Below, one piece after another: positions 55,121 to 64,000 of a stretch of DNA of 64,000 bases. The notes beneath the pieces are model-generated. The model ran no database searches and was not told the DNA's origin. It saw only the letters and a program-made list of their open reading frames with translations. Made by a program: the position numbers and the translations under genes. The DNA lies in NCBI GenBank assembly GCA_016186115.1, contig JACPMK010000002.1, positions 200,983 through 264,982 on the forward strand. Direction: 5' to 3'. Position 1 is the stretch's first letter; each line of letters starts with the position of its first letter. The stretch comes from Candidatus Wildermuthbacteria bacterium (lineage in GTDB: Bacteria > Patescibacteriota > Minisyncoccia > Minisyncoccales > UBA10102).

Positions 55121-55672
55121 TCATTTTAAAAGCGCGGTTTCTTCCAAACGTCTCCGCGCCCTGAAAAGCAAAAGTTTGATTGCATTCTCGCTTTTCGCCA
55201 TTGCGTGGGCAATTTCTTTCACCGGAAGCTCCTCGCGATAATATCTGGTCACAACCTCTTTCTCTCTCAAGGGAAGCACCTCAATTGCCTTTGTGACAAT
55301 TTCTGCTTCCAGTTTTCGCTCGACCTTCTCGGCAACGTTTTCCTTATCGTCTTTGATATATTCTTGGAGCGATTCATCAAGCGGTACATACCCCTTTCTG
55401 CGGTAGTGATTAACCAACAAATTATGAGCAATACGGAGTAGATATGTTAGATAAGAATACCCTTGAGCGTGAAATTTTGGCAGGCCCCGAAACGCCCGCA
55501 AAAAGGTCTCCTGCATTAAATCCTCTGCCAGTTCTTTTTTCCTTCCTATCCTCCGCCACAGATAGCCGTATACTCTTTTGGTATATTTCGAATAAAGGCC
55601 GCCAAACATCTCTTTATTGCTCTTTGCTGCAGCAATAAGGCGAGAATCTTCGTGGTTTTGCTTCGCGCTCAT
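55121..55672 (-). CDS. Sigma-70 family (ECF-like) RNA polymerase sigma factor
   Basis: Region 2 (DLMQETFLRAFRGLPKF) and a region 4 HTH (ELPVKEIAHAMAKSENAIKLLLFRARRRL). Confidence 0.8.
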   Translation of the reverse strand: MSAKQNHEDSRLIAAAKSNKEMFGGLYSKYTKRVYGYLWRRIGRKKELAEDLMQETFLRAFRGLPKFHAQGYSYLTYLLRIAHNLLVNHYRRKGYVPLDESLQEYIKDDKENVAEKVERKLEAEIVTKAIEVLPLREKEVVTRYYREELPVKEIAHAMAKSENAIKLLLFRARRRLEETALLK

Positions 55673-55773
55673 AAGATTGGAGACGCATAGGAAAAACAAT
55701 TCTTTCAGCCGAGAATTAAAATAGACAGGCTAAGCCTGTCTAATGAATAAAATGATCAATAAATGATCAAGAT

Positions 55774-56448
55774 TCAGAAGCACTTGGTCTGATCTGGATT
55801 AGAGGCAGGATCTTGCGCGCAGTTTAAGCAATATCCCGGATAATTCATGGGCCTTTTGTGATGAGAACGACACGGTCCGGAAATGCAGTAATAAATAGAA
55901 CTATTGGCCTTAAAATTTGCTGCCCAGTCAAGTTTGGGTATCGTACAGCCCGTAAGATTATTGTCATCATCTCTATACTCGGGGCAAAAACGAAGACCCA
56001 CTTGATACACTTCTTCGCAAGGGACATACCATGTTGCTGTTCCATTGGGCGGAGGATCATTGGGATCCGCAAAATCCCAGTCATACAAAGTTCCCGGCCA
56101 AGGCCCCACAGGCCAACCGCCCAAGTACTTGTTCCCAAAGTTTGCTGGATCAGGATCAATACCCCTGTCAGCATCAGAAGGATACTTCCCATTCTGTTCC
56201 TTATAGAGATACGCCGCAAGAGCAATTGAGCGAAGCTCTTGTTTTGCCCTTGCGAAATATGCTTTCTCTTTTGCGCTGCTCAAATTTACAAAAACAATGT
56301 TTGCGAGAATCCCAAGAACGGCGATCACAATCAACAATTCAATAAGCGTAAAGCTCCTCTTTTTTCGCTTTCGCCAAGCATGACTCGACTTTCGCTTAAA
56401 AAACGAATGGACTAATCTCCAAAGATTTAACTTTCCAAAGATGAGCAT
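55774..56448 (-). CDS. Type IV pilin-like protein
   Basis: Prepilin-type N-terminus RSFTLIELLIVIAVLGILANI followed by a Cys-containing globular domain. The start at Met MLIFGK is uncertain. Confidence 0.6.
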   Translation of the reverse strand: MLIFGKLNLWRLVHSFFKRKSSHAWRKRKKRSFTLIELLIVIAVLGILANIVFVNLSSAKEKAYFARAKQELRSIALAAYLYKEQNGKYPSDADRGIDPDPANFGNKYLGGWPVGPWPGTLYDWDFADPNDPPPNGTATWYVPCEEVYQVGLRFCPEYRDDDNNLTGCTIPKLDWAANFKANSSIYYCISGPCRSHHKRPMNYPGYCLNCAQDPASNPDQTKCF

Positions 56449-56455
56449 TGTTTTA

Positions 56456-56962
56456 TTATATACCGCTCTCCGCCCTTGTCCACTTGCAGCCGATTTTCCT
56501 TTCCATTGCGTCTTTTTCCGCCTGCACAATTTCATCTCTATACTTTGCCTGCTCTGAATAAAAGCGCACGATTACGAGCCCTTCCTCGGCAAGCTGTGTG
56601 CTCGCGTTCCGACTACCGACAAAAAGAAATCTTAAATATCGCTGATACTGATCCTTGTCTTCCGTATCTTTTTCGAGCCCAACCTCTTTGTTGAGAACAA
56701 GTTCTTCGAGACGCTTTTTTGCTGCTTCATAGCATGGATATCCTTTTTCATCAGCATCAATTCCTAAAAGGCGTATGGCGCGGCCTCCTTGCCCAATAAC
56801 AGTATCGCCATCAATAATTTTTGTAATAAAGATGCGAGAAGGAACTCCCTCTGATTCCCTCACGTTTTCCTCGCTGGACCCGCTAAGATATATTCCTGCG
56901 ATTGAAACAAAGGCGATAAAAACAATGAAAACGACGGGTTGCGTATGGAATAAATTTTTCAT
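56456..56962 (-). CDS. Thermonuclease (staphylococcal nuclease-like), secreted
   Basis: Signal/TM segment, then IDGDTV...IRLLGIDADE and later YLRF...LAEEGL, a SNase-like pattern. Confidence 0.75.
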   Translation of the reverse strand: MKNLFHTQPVVFIVFIAFVSIAGIYLSGSSEENVRESEGVPSRIFITKIIDGDTVIGQGGRAIRLLGIDADEKGYPCYEAAKKRLEELVLNKEVGLEKDTEDKDQYQRYLRFLFVGSRNASTQLAEEGLVIVRFYSEQAKYRDEIVQAEKDAMERKIGCKWTRAESGI

Positions 56963-57072
56963 AGTTACTTTCTCCTATTATTGCACAATGTAAGAAATCC
57001 TTCCTCCTCTCGTCTTTGCAAAATGCATACTCTCCGCTTGATCTGTTTTTTAAAAATTATACAATAAAACTT

Positions 57073-58065
57073 ATGTACCGCATCTTATCTTCTGTCCTTA
57101 CGCTTGCCATTCTGCTCCTCCTTGTGGGGGCAAGCAGTTTTTATATTGGCACTGGATTGATGATGAAAAAGTTATCGAGTCAGGAGACCTCGTTCAATGA
57201 AAAAATCGCCTCATTGGAACAACAGCTCAACGACGTAAACAGCCAATTGCAAAATGGACAGAAACAAATAACGCAACTAAGCATAGACACCCTCAACTCT
57301 CATATCCCCACAGCTGAACTACAGCGACGACAAGAGGTTATCGTACAACAGTCAAAAGAGGACACTCTTACAAATATAGTAGAGCGAACTACGCCGGGAG
57401 TTGTTTCGATTGTGGTATCAAAGGATGTCCCACAGCTAGAGGTTGTATACCAGAATCCTTTTGGCGATGATCCCTTTTTCAAGAATTTTGGTTTTCAGGT
57501 TCCCGTATATCGCCAGAAAGGAACAATTCGTCAAAAAGTAGGGGCCGGCACAGGATTCCTGATCACGCGTGACGGATATATCCTGACAAATAAACATGTC
57601 GTTGATGATTCTGCCGCAATCTATACCGTTCTTCTCGCCAATGGAGATCAAAAACAGGCCAAAGTAATATACAGAGATTCAAACCAAGATATCGCTCTCA
57701 TCAAAATTGACGGGTCCCATACTCCTCTCATGCTTGGCGACTCAACCACTTCCAAGCTTGGAGAGACGGTTGTAGCAATTGGAAATGCATTAGGCGAATA
57801 CAATAACTCCGTGTCGGTTGGTATTATCTCGGGACTCGATCGTACGATTCAGGCAGCCGATTCTCGCGGCCGCATCGAGACCATTAAAGGTGTCATTCAA
57901 ACCGATGCTGCCATTAACCGCGGAAATTCTGGAGGGCCTTTAATCAATCTCGAAGGCAAGGTCATCGGAATCAATGTCGCGACTGTTGCGGGCTCCAATA
58001 ATATCAGTTTTGCCATTCCGATCAACATAGCAAAAAGCATCCTTGTTTCAGTGCTCGAAAAATAA
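57073..58065 (+). CDS. Trypsin-like serine protease (S1C/HtrA-like, no PDZ seen)
   Basis: An N-terminal TM helix with the catalytic triad in context: TNKHVV, DIALIKI and GNSGGPLIN. Confidence 0.85.
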   Translation: MYRILSSVLTLAILLLLVGASSFYIGTGLMMKKLSSQETSFNEKIASLEQQLNDVNSQLQNGQKQITQLSIDTLNSHIPTAELQRRQEVIVQQSKEDTLTNIVERTTPGVVSIVVSKDVPQLEVVYQNPFGDDPFFKNFGFQVPVYRQKGTIRQKVGAGTGFLITRDGYILTNKHVVDDSAAIYTVLLANGDQKQAKVIYRDSNQDIALIKIDGSHTPLMLGDSTTSKLGETVVAIGNALGEYNNSVSVGIISGLDRTIQAADSRGRIETIKGVIQTDAAINRGNSGGPLINLEGKVIGINVATVAGSNNISFAIPINIAKSILVSVLEK

Positions 58066-58094
58066 AACGTGCAAGTTTTGTATTGTTATTTTCC

Positions 58095-58859
58095 CTAGGA
58101 ATTTTCTTTGAGAAATTTAAGAATCGCCTGCGCAATACCCTGTGCGGCCATAGCAGGGTTTGTCACGAGAATTGCCCGATCGCGAGGATTCGAAAGATAC
58201 CCAGTTTCGATAATCGCAGCCGGGGTTGTGGGATGAACTGCGTACAGAAACTTTTTCCAATTGAATGCGTAATAGTAAGGCATGGTCGCTGGAATATACC
58301 TTTCTTGATTGAGCCAAGTTGCTGTACGGTATTCTTTATTGAGCAGTTGCGCAAGTTGTTTTGCTTTGCCGCTTTGATCATACGCAGAAGCCGCGGCTTT
58401 AAATCCCGAGGCATAAGGCAAAAGCGGATTTTGATCCGCATGAATTGCGACAAAGACATCCGCCTTGTACACGCCTGGCAAAACAGCCGGCAGCAATGTA
58501 ACTCCAATTCCCTCTTTTTCAAGAAGCGCTGCCGTTTTTTGGGCAATTTCAAGATTCACTTCCCATTCTATTTTTCCTCCGCCTCGCGCCTGTCTCGACT
58601 GATACAATCTCTGCAATTCCCAAGGAATTCCTTCTAACTTCCAATGCCCCACCTGCAAAGCCACCTGCCAGCGTTTGCCAGAAGCAGAAGACGCTTTGAC
58701 CGGATTCTCAAAAGCGAGCGCTCGCACCTGTTCCCTCAATAAAAGAGCCTGCTGCTGGATTTGTGCAAGTTGATTCTTGATTCCCGTATCTGCGGAAACA
58801 AAAAAAGGGGCAAGCCCAATCGCTACTACTCCTAATCCAATCAGAAGAGGTTTTTTCAT
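58095..58859 (-). CDS. N-acetylmuramoyl-L-alanine amidase (amidase_3-like)
   Basis: Signal peptide from Met MKKPLLIGLG, with VAIHADQN and ETGYLSN motifs. Confidence 0.75.
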   Translation of the reverse strand: MKKPLLIGLGVVAIGLAPFFVSADTGIKNQLAQIQQQALLLREQVRALAFENPVKASSASGKRWQVALQVGHWKLEGIPWELQRLYQSRQARGGGKIEWEVNLEIAQKTAALLEKEGIGVTLLPAVLPGVYKADVFVAIHADQNPLLPYASGFKAAASAYDQSGKAKQLAQLLNKEYRTATWLNQERYIPATMPYYYAFNWKKFLYAVHPTTPAAIIETGYLSNPRDRAILVTNPAMAAQGIAQAILKFLKENS

Positions 58860-58964
58860 GCTATCTATGGTATCTCCTCCATGCTTCCTGTACAAGCTCT
58901 TCTTCAGGAAGAATAAAAATTTCTTATACTCTGCGAAATAAATTTCGCAGAGCGAAAGAAACTT

Positions 58965-59168
58965 CTATTTTGCAAATTTCTTTGGAAGTATCGTGACAGC
59001 CATGTAAAGGGCGGAGAGTCCCACCAAAACATAAACTACACGCGCGACGATGGACTCTTCTCCTCCAAAAATTGTTGCAACGATATCCAAGTTCAAAAGA
59101 CCAACCAGCCCCCAGTTCAAACCGCCGATAAGAACAAGAATGAGTGCGACCAATTCCAACATCTTCAT
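58965..59168 (-). CDS. DUF378 family small membrane protein
   Basis: 67-aa ORF with LILVLIGGLNWGLVG and VYVLVGLSALY, typical of DUF378. Confidence 0.75.
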   Translation of the reverse strand: MKMLELVALILVLIGGLNWGLVGLLNLDIVATIFGGEESIVARVVYVLVGLSALYMAVTILPKKFAK

Positions 59169-59256
59169 ATATGATGTATAAAAATAAGCATCTATTTCTT
59201 AACCGACCTTTTATGTATTGTACCATGCCCAGCCAATAAAATAATCCACAGCCGCG

Positions 59257-59478
59257 CTATTGCTGAATGTCAAGAATTTTACTTTTCGAGGTAAACCCGG
59301 AAATAATTCGTATATTCGACGGCGAAATCAGAAAATACAATGCCAAAACTTTAATAATAGCCGCATTTGCCCTCCCCTGCACCGGCGGCTCTTTTACCGA
59401 AACGATAAAATGTTCCTCATCAATTTTTTCCAGTTTCTCTTCTTTCGCATTCGGTTTTGCCTTCACGAAAATTTTCAT
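59257..59478 (-). CDS. DUF167 (YggU) family protein
   Basis: 73-aa ORF with VKAKPNAKEEKL, PPVQGRANAAIIK and GFTSKSK. Confidence 0.75.
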   Translation of the reverse strand: MKIFVKAKPNAKEEKLEKIDEEHFIVSVKEPPVQGRANAAIIKVLALYFLISPSNIRIISGFTSKSKILDIQQ

Positions 59479-59484
59479 CTTTTT

Positions 59485-60081
59485 CTATGCCAACACCTTC
59501 TCGATCAGTTGCACTAATTCTGGAAAATGTTCTTGACTAAAATGCCCACGATTTTTAAAGACGTGCGGCTCTATCTCGGGTAACTTTGCTTTGTATTTTT
59601 CGGCCTCTTTTGGCGACACCACCGGATCGTCCAAACTTTGATATACATGAATACTCTTGCATTGCTTTGCTATTTTTTGCAAAGAACCCTTGGGCGCAAA
59701 ATCTCCGTAATCGTAGGGCGGAGCTACCAAAAGAAGTCCTGAAATTTTCTTTGGGAAAGAATTTTCCGATAAGTATTTCGCAAGAAACGCTCCTCCCAAA
59801 GAATGCCCTACGAGCACCACGCCATTTTTCAAATACGGAAACATGCGCTCGAACCAGATTTTCCATTCCACGTATCGGGCATTCGTCCTATTTGGCATCC
59901 GCGGCATCAATACGTCATATTTCTTCCCGAGATCCTTCGATAAATTGCCCTTCCAGTCCGTCTTGGCTCTAAACGAACCAATCGAAACTTTCCAATGCTT
60001 TAAAGACCTAACATACTCTTTATAAGTATGAAAAGAATCCCCTCCATGTATCACCACCACTTGTTTTATCTTCTTTACCAT
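59485..60081 (-). CDS. Alpha/beta hydrolase (YdeN/RBBP9-like serine hydrolase)
   Basis: 198-aa ORF with nucleophile elbow GHSLGG, and a later D and H in context (SLDDPVV, GHF). Confidence 0.65.
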   Translation of the reverse strand: MVKKIKQVVVIHGGDSFHTYKEYVRSLKHWKVSIGSFRAKTDWKGNLSKDLGKKYDVLMPRMPNRTNARYVEWKIWFERMFPYLKNGVVLVGHSLGGAFLAKYLSENSFPKKISGLLLVAPPYDYGDFAPKGSLQKIAKQCKSIHVYQSLDDPVVSPKEAEKYKAKLPEIEPHVFKNRGHFSQEHFPELVQLIEKVLA

Positions 60082-60485
60082 TTTTATTTGTGGCGAGTTA
60101 TTTGAATGATCTCTTTTTTTTAAATCTCCAATCTAGTGTCATGTATTCCCGTCGAGAAATTGAATGCTCAAAACCTCGCCCTGCTTAAACGGAGCAGCTT
60201 TTTTGCTGATTTTAGAAATACAATGCGTAACTCCATATATTACTTTACTCTACCGTTTTGACAAATTCGGCGCAAGATTCAAAAAATCAAGCAACATATT
60301 GACAAATTTATTAATTGGACGCAGATCGCATAGGCAATAACCTATCACAACAAGGGTGGTCTCCAAAAGAGATAGACCTCGTCAAAGAAGCAATAAAGAA
60401 GCTCCCAGCAAAAGCACAACAAAAGAAGTTATGAAGGAGTTATGAAGGAAGTTTAACTTCCTTCTTCGCATCCTTCATGAAAAAT

Positions 60486-60517
60486 AAGAGAGCGGCACTT
60501 GTCGCTCTCTTTTATTT
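60486..60517. terminator. Bidirectional rho-independent terminator
   Basis: 9-bp stem AAGAGAGCG/CGCTCTCTT with an 8-nt loop, flanked by an A-run and a T-run. Confidence 0.6.
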
Positions 60518-60585
60518 AAGGACGCAGCTCTGAATCATCAGAACCAAGGTACTAGATAAGATAATCGATGTATACCTCCTTGAAT

Positions 60586-60759
60586 TTATGAAATCCCGTG
60601 AGAGCAGAAAGGGCGTTTGCAGTACGTTCCAGTGAAAATACTGCCATGTCCAGAATCATGAAATCCCCACTGATGAAACCCCATCCAACAAAGGATGATG
60701 CCCGGAATTTCCCACACTCCAACAACGGCCGCCATTAAAATCCTATCGAACCAGACCAT
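60586..60759 (-). CDS. Candidate 57-aa small membrane protein with a His/Cys-rich tail
   Basis: The ATG at 60759 follows AAGGAGGGAG. The sequence is MVWFDRILMAAVVGVWEIPGIILCWMGFHQWGFHDSGHGS..., with a terminator downstream. Confidence 0.35.
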   Translation of the reverse strand: MVWFDRILMAAVVGVWEIPGIILCWMGFHQWGFHDSGHGSIFTGTYCKRPFCSHGIS

Positions 60760-61103
60760 CGCTCCCTCCTTTGAATTTACTACCACTCTAGCACATCTCT
60801 ACAATTTTTCCAGCATCATAAAAAAGCACCGCGTGATGGGACGCGGTGCGGACCCTTGTTATGGCTACGATGATCGAAGAAATTTGCCCAATCGATCGCT
60901 CCTCTTGGGATGACGCAATCTGCTAAGTCCGACCTTTAGAAAATCAAGTACAAAGCTCTCTGGCATATTCATATTTCGCTACCTCGTCTTGCAATGGAAT
61001 ATCCGTTGTGGAAAATACAAGAGATAAAAGAATTTCAAATCAAGCTCTTGACCATTGCAATCGATGAGATATAATAGAAGCAACAACAAGAGGGAGGTGC
61101 ACA

Positions 61104-61265
61104 ATGATGCCGTGGGTCCTACTGGGAACGGGGCTTGGAGCAATTGTTTGGATCGTAGGGCTCGTTTATCTGCTTCGTCTTCTTCATTGGGTAGCTTGTC
61201 TCGACCAAGACGCTCAATACCAATACATGGAAGGGCGAAATCTCTCCCATCCTGCAGCTGACTAA
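61104..61265 (+). CDS. Candidate 53-aa single-TM protein
   Basis: The ATG follows GGGAGGTG. The sequence is MMPWVLLGTGLGAIVWIVGLVYLLRLLHW..., and the stop lies inside a strong terminator. Below the ORF-track size cutoff. Confidence 0.45.
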   Translation: MMPWVLLGTGLGAIVWIVGLVYLLRLLHWVACLDQDAQYQYMEGRNLSHPAAD

Positions 61266-61285
61266 AATCAGCTGCAATTTTTATT
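61254..61285 (+). terminator. Rho-independent terminator
   Basis: 8-bp stem GCAGCTGA/TCAGCTGC with a 6-nt loop, followed by AATTTTTATT. Confidence 0.7.
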
Positions 61286-61324
61286 GCATCAAATTTTCGC
61301 CTTATAAAAAACTAAGCTGCCATC

Positions 61325-61558
61325 TCACGATGACAGCTTTTCTGCGATCTTTTTACGCCTGGAGCGACGGTAACGTGCAATAAAACTTCCTGGAAGAAAC
61401 ACATCCGTGCAATGCCTACTTGCCCTCTTTCGAATGGCCTCATACAATTTGTTCACTTGATGCATAGGCCATAGATGCAAGACCCTAAGATGTATCAGCT
61501 GATTCGGACCCCTCGGCTTCCCTCCGCATTCATTACAAACCCACCATACTGTTGCCAT
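61325..61558 (-). CDS. Hypothetical basic protein with a CxxC motif
   Basis: 77-aa ORF (WWVCNECGG..., Arg/Lys-rich tail) directly downstream of ybaB; no family recognised. Confidence 0.3.
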   Translation of the reverse strand: MATVWWVCNECGGKPRGPNQLIHLRVLHLWPMHQVNKLYEAIRKRASRHCTDVFLPGSFIARYRRSRRKKIAEKLSS

Positions 61559-61569
61559 TATACTCCTCC

Positions 61570-61815
61570 TTACATCATCCCGCGGAATTTTTGGGCCATG
61601 GCAAGCTGCGCCTTCTTAATCACCTCATTGAAACATTCCTGCAAAATTCTTTGCTGCTGCTCTTGCGAAATTTCTGGGTTGAGAATTATTTCTTCTACCA
61701 TAAAAGCGCCGTTCATGACAACTTTTACGCCTTCCTTTTCTGATTCAAATTTTTCTTTGGCAACCTCGCCCTGCAAATCCCGCAACTGTTTCAATTGTTT
61801 TATTTTCTCAAACAT
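61570..61815 (-). CDS. ybaB: YbaB/EbfC family nucleoid-associated protein
   Basis: From Met MFEKIKQLKQLRDLQ..., with GVKVVMNG and a later LILNPEI-type segment typical of YbaB. Confidence 0.8.
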   Translation of the reverse strand: MFEKIKQLKQLRDLQGEVAKEKFESEKEGVKVVMNGAFMVEEIILNPEISQEQQQRILQECFNEVIKKAQLAMAQKFRGMM

Positions 61816-61822
61816 ATACTCT

Positions 61823-63850
61823 CTATAATTCCAACGTTTTAATTTTTTGCCAATTGGTTTCGTCAAATACAGTAATTTCCTGCTCCCCTATCAGATAAAG
61901 ATACTCATCAAGATAGATTGCCCGTTTCACTGCGGTTTGGCTTGCCGCCTTTACAAGTTTCAATTGATCCTGATCATACGAGAATATGTAGCCGCCCCTT
62001 CCTCCGGGCAGGAAAAATATCTTATGTTTGGTATCAAGCAAAAAGGCATGGTGAGTAGAAAGCACTTCCGACCATGACTCGTCGAGCGTATATTTTGCAA
62101 TCTCTTTTGGATTTGCTACATTTGATACATCAAAAAGTGAAACCTTCACCTTCCAATCGTCCTGACCAATGCCGAGAATCCTGTCTTTGGTAATGGGCTC
62201 CAGATACGAAGAATACCCCGGAATTTTCAGCTCTCCTTTGAGCTGGGGGTTCTTGGGATTGGAAAGATCAAGCACGTAGAAAGGATCGATTTGTCTAAAG
62301 GTAACAAGATACCCCTTGTCTTCCACAAAACGCACTGAATAGATACGTTCTGAAAGTCCAAGGTCCTTTACCGATCCCTGAATTTCCAAATCATTATTAA
62401 GAATATACACATCATTCGCGCTCTTTTGCCCCTGCGAATGAAAGCCGTAGCCAAAGCCAAACCATTGTTCTCCCACTGTTGTGGCAATGCGAAGATTGCG
62501 TTGATATTCGTCGAGCGAAAATTGATTGAGAGGCCGCCCCGGAACATTGCCCACTGCCCGCACGATAAAACTACCCAATGGAATTTGGACAATTCCTGTT
62601 TTTTCTAAATCTCGCTTATGGGCTTGGTAGAAATCGCTCATGCGATTGGCAATTTCATTCTGCAATCTCAAAACCTCATCTTGATCGAGCGAGGCGAAAT
62701 ATCGTTCAAGAATCACTTGCAATTCTGTTGTCTTTGCCTGATCGCTCAAATCATACGCGGCAAGCCGGGTGATCTTGGTTCGTATCGATTCCGGGAAAAG
62801 ATCTTTCCCCTTTTCTTCGATAAATTTTACAATAAAAGAAAATGTGCTCTCGCTCAAAGAATAGGTGATATACAGCGCATGCTCTGACATATAGAGAACC
62901 GAGAGATCCGCGGATCCAACAAAAGAAACTTTCTTGTTTACTGCTCCAGTGCGAGGATCAATATTCATTGCAACAAATGTCGAATCAACCAGCGCCGAGG
63001 CAACAGGGTGATAAATTTCCCTGCAAGGAATAATCAAATCGGTTCCCCTGCTCGATAAAGGCTTCAAAGGGCACGGATGAATCGTATTCACCGTGTCTCT
63101 CGTCACAACATACAAAGCGCCGTTATACATTCTCGCATCAACAAGCATGGTGCGATCGCTCAATGTAATATCCCAAAGTTTTTTCGGAGCAGCTGGATCT
63201 GCAACGTCATAGCCAAGAATTTCCTGCCCCGCGAACACGACAAGAATGTTATCAGACAAAAGCAGGTTTCCATTCTTTTCAATTTCAGAATCTAACTTAA
63301 GATCGGCCACCGGAAATGCCTTGATCACCTTTGTCTTTGCCTGATATTCGGGATAAGGCGGCATAATACCGATTTCCCCCTCGCGAAGAGGCATGGGCTT
63401 GGGCATTGCGTAGTACACAAGGGGCTGCGAAGAAAAATAAATTTCTTTGCCATCGGTTTTTACGATATCGGGCTCATCGATCCCTTTCACCTGCACGGTT
63501 GTTTCAGAAACACGGGAAGGAACGGACGTTTTTGCGCCCTGATCAATTGATGGCGCTGGAGTCATAAGAGGAGCTGGCGCTTCCATGGCACCCCGCCCCA
63601 TTCCAGACAAGAATTGAGACGATGATTTTGCGAGATACGCTTTAAATTCCTCTTCACTTTGGAAAAGCGCAAGCTCGGAAGCGCTCGCCAAAGGAAGAGA
63701 AATATTCTGCACGAGAACTTGCGTAGAGGAAAACTCTTGCAATACTCGAAAAGATGCATATCCTATCACAAGAAGCGCCAGCAGGAATACGCCCAAAAGA
63801 GTAGAGATGGCGAACTTCCGATCGATGGGACGGGTAAGTAATGCTTTCAT
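61823..63850 (-). CDS. Secreted beta-propeller-domain protein (COG4880/PF09826-like)
   Basis: 675-aa ORF with an N-terminal TM helix. The motifs SRVSETTVQVKGIDEPDIVKTDG and later FYVLDLSNPKNPQLKGELKIPGYSSYL are characteristic of this family, as I recall it. Confidence 0.6.
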   Translation of the reverse strand: MKALLTRPIDRKFAISTLLGVFLLALLVIGYASFRVLQEFSSTQVLVQNISLPLASASELALFQSEEEFKAYLAKSSSQFLSGMGRGAMEAPAPLMTPAPSIDQGAKTSVPSRVSETTVQVKGIDEPDIVKTDGKEIYFSSQPLVYYAMPKPMPLREGEIGIMPPYPEYQAKTKVIKAFPVADLKLDSEIEKNGNLLLSDNILVVFAGQEILGYDVADPAAPKKLWDITLSDRTMLVDARMYNGALYVVTRDTVNTIHPCPLKPLSSRGTDLIIPCREIYHPVASALVDSTFVAMNIDPRTGAVNKKVSFVGSADLSVLYMSEHALYITYSLSESTFSFIVKFIEEKGKDLFPESIRTKITRLAAYDLSDQAKTTELQVILERYFASLDQDEVLRLQNEIANRMSDFYQAHKRDLEKTGIVQIPLGSFIVRAVGNVPGRPLNQFSLDEYQRNLRIATTVGEQWFGFGYGFHSQGQKSANDVYILNNDLEIQGSVKDLGLSERIYSVRFVEDKGYLVTFRQIDPFYVLDLSNPKNPQLKGELKIPGYSSYLEPITKDRILGIGQDDWKVKVSLFDVSNVANPKEIAKYTLDESWSEVLSTHHAFLLDTKHKIFFLPGGRGGYIFSYDQDQLKLVKAASQTAVKRAIYLDEYLYLIGEQEITVFDETNWQKIKTLEL

Positions 63851-63900
63851 AGTGTTTTATTCTAGCACACCCCATCCCATCTCGTAAATTGATTTTCCCC

Positions 63901-64000
63901 CTACTTTTTTTCGTTCTTGCGGATCTGTTCAATAAGATACGCTAACTTTCGTTCTGCTCTGGTCTCGTAGATACTGCGCAAAATGTGATTGCTCACGTAG
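63901..64000 (-). CDS. 3' end of an unidentified gene that enters from beyond the window
   Basis: The minus-strand frame reads ...YVSNHILRSIYETRAERKLAYLIEQIRKNEKK* with the stop at 63901-63903. Only 32 codons are visible. Confidence 0.3.
   Translation of the reverse strand, partial: YVSNHILRSIYETRAERKLAYLIEQIRKNEKK

Overview
This 64-kb fragment has gene content typical of a small-genome Patescibacteria/CPR-type bacterium. That placement is an inference from an archaeal-type UMP kinase, a split transketolase, several type-IV-pilin-like proteins and DUF-type small membrane proteins. I saw no rRNA, tRNA or CRISPR array. About 90 genes are present, and all but five lie on the minus strand. Core blocks are the F1Fo ATP synthase operon (atpB-E-F-H-A-G, 1-4249), tgt, and many DNA-repair or DNA-processing genes (HhH-GPD glycosylase, cdd, mpg, nth, xseAB, dprA, yifB, yraN). 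There is also a pentose-phosphate/sugar block (pgi/pmi, PfkB kinase, split tkt, rpe, rpiB) and envelope or secreted proteins. The stand-out is an ~11-kb mosaic accessory locus between ychF (9.8 kb) and pyrH (21.0 kb). (1) It holds a complete diversity-generating retroelement: RT 9843-10850, Avd 10830-11246 on the opposite strand, TR 11253-11389, and VR 11739-11875 at the 3' end of target gene 11735-12379. By my count 18 of 19 TR/VR mismatches fall on template adenines, and a C9 homopolymer sits in the 5' end of avd. (2) It holds an IS30-family transposase. (3) It holds a DUF433/DUF5615 toxin-antitoxin pair. (4) A diverged duplicate of the ychF 5' end (14485-14718) forms a direct repeat with the intact ychF and brackets the DGR island. 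(5) It holds a GC-richer single-chain purL next to a decayed purN. (6) It holds a NYN-nuclease module. (7) Three same-orientation copies of a conserved site (13808, 19258, 20992) have conserved arms and a variable 6-nt spacer, and each lies just 3' of a minus-strand gene. Other leads are a hairpin-rich leader with a strongly SD-preceded 16-codon Trp-rich sORF and terminator upstream of pyrH, and two Cas4-like PD-(D/E)XK nucleases flanking tandem Zn-ribbon paralogues. A possible B12-riboswitch-like leader also sits in front of an operon whose large protein has a transcobalamin-like domain order (alpha/alpha toroid then DUF4430). All family assignments come from reading motifs in the supplied translations; no database search was run.
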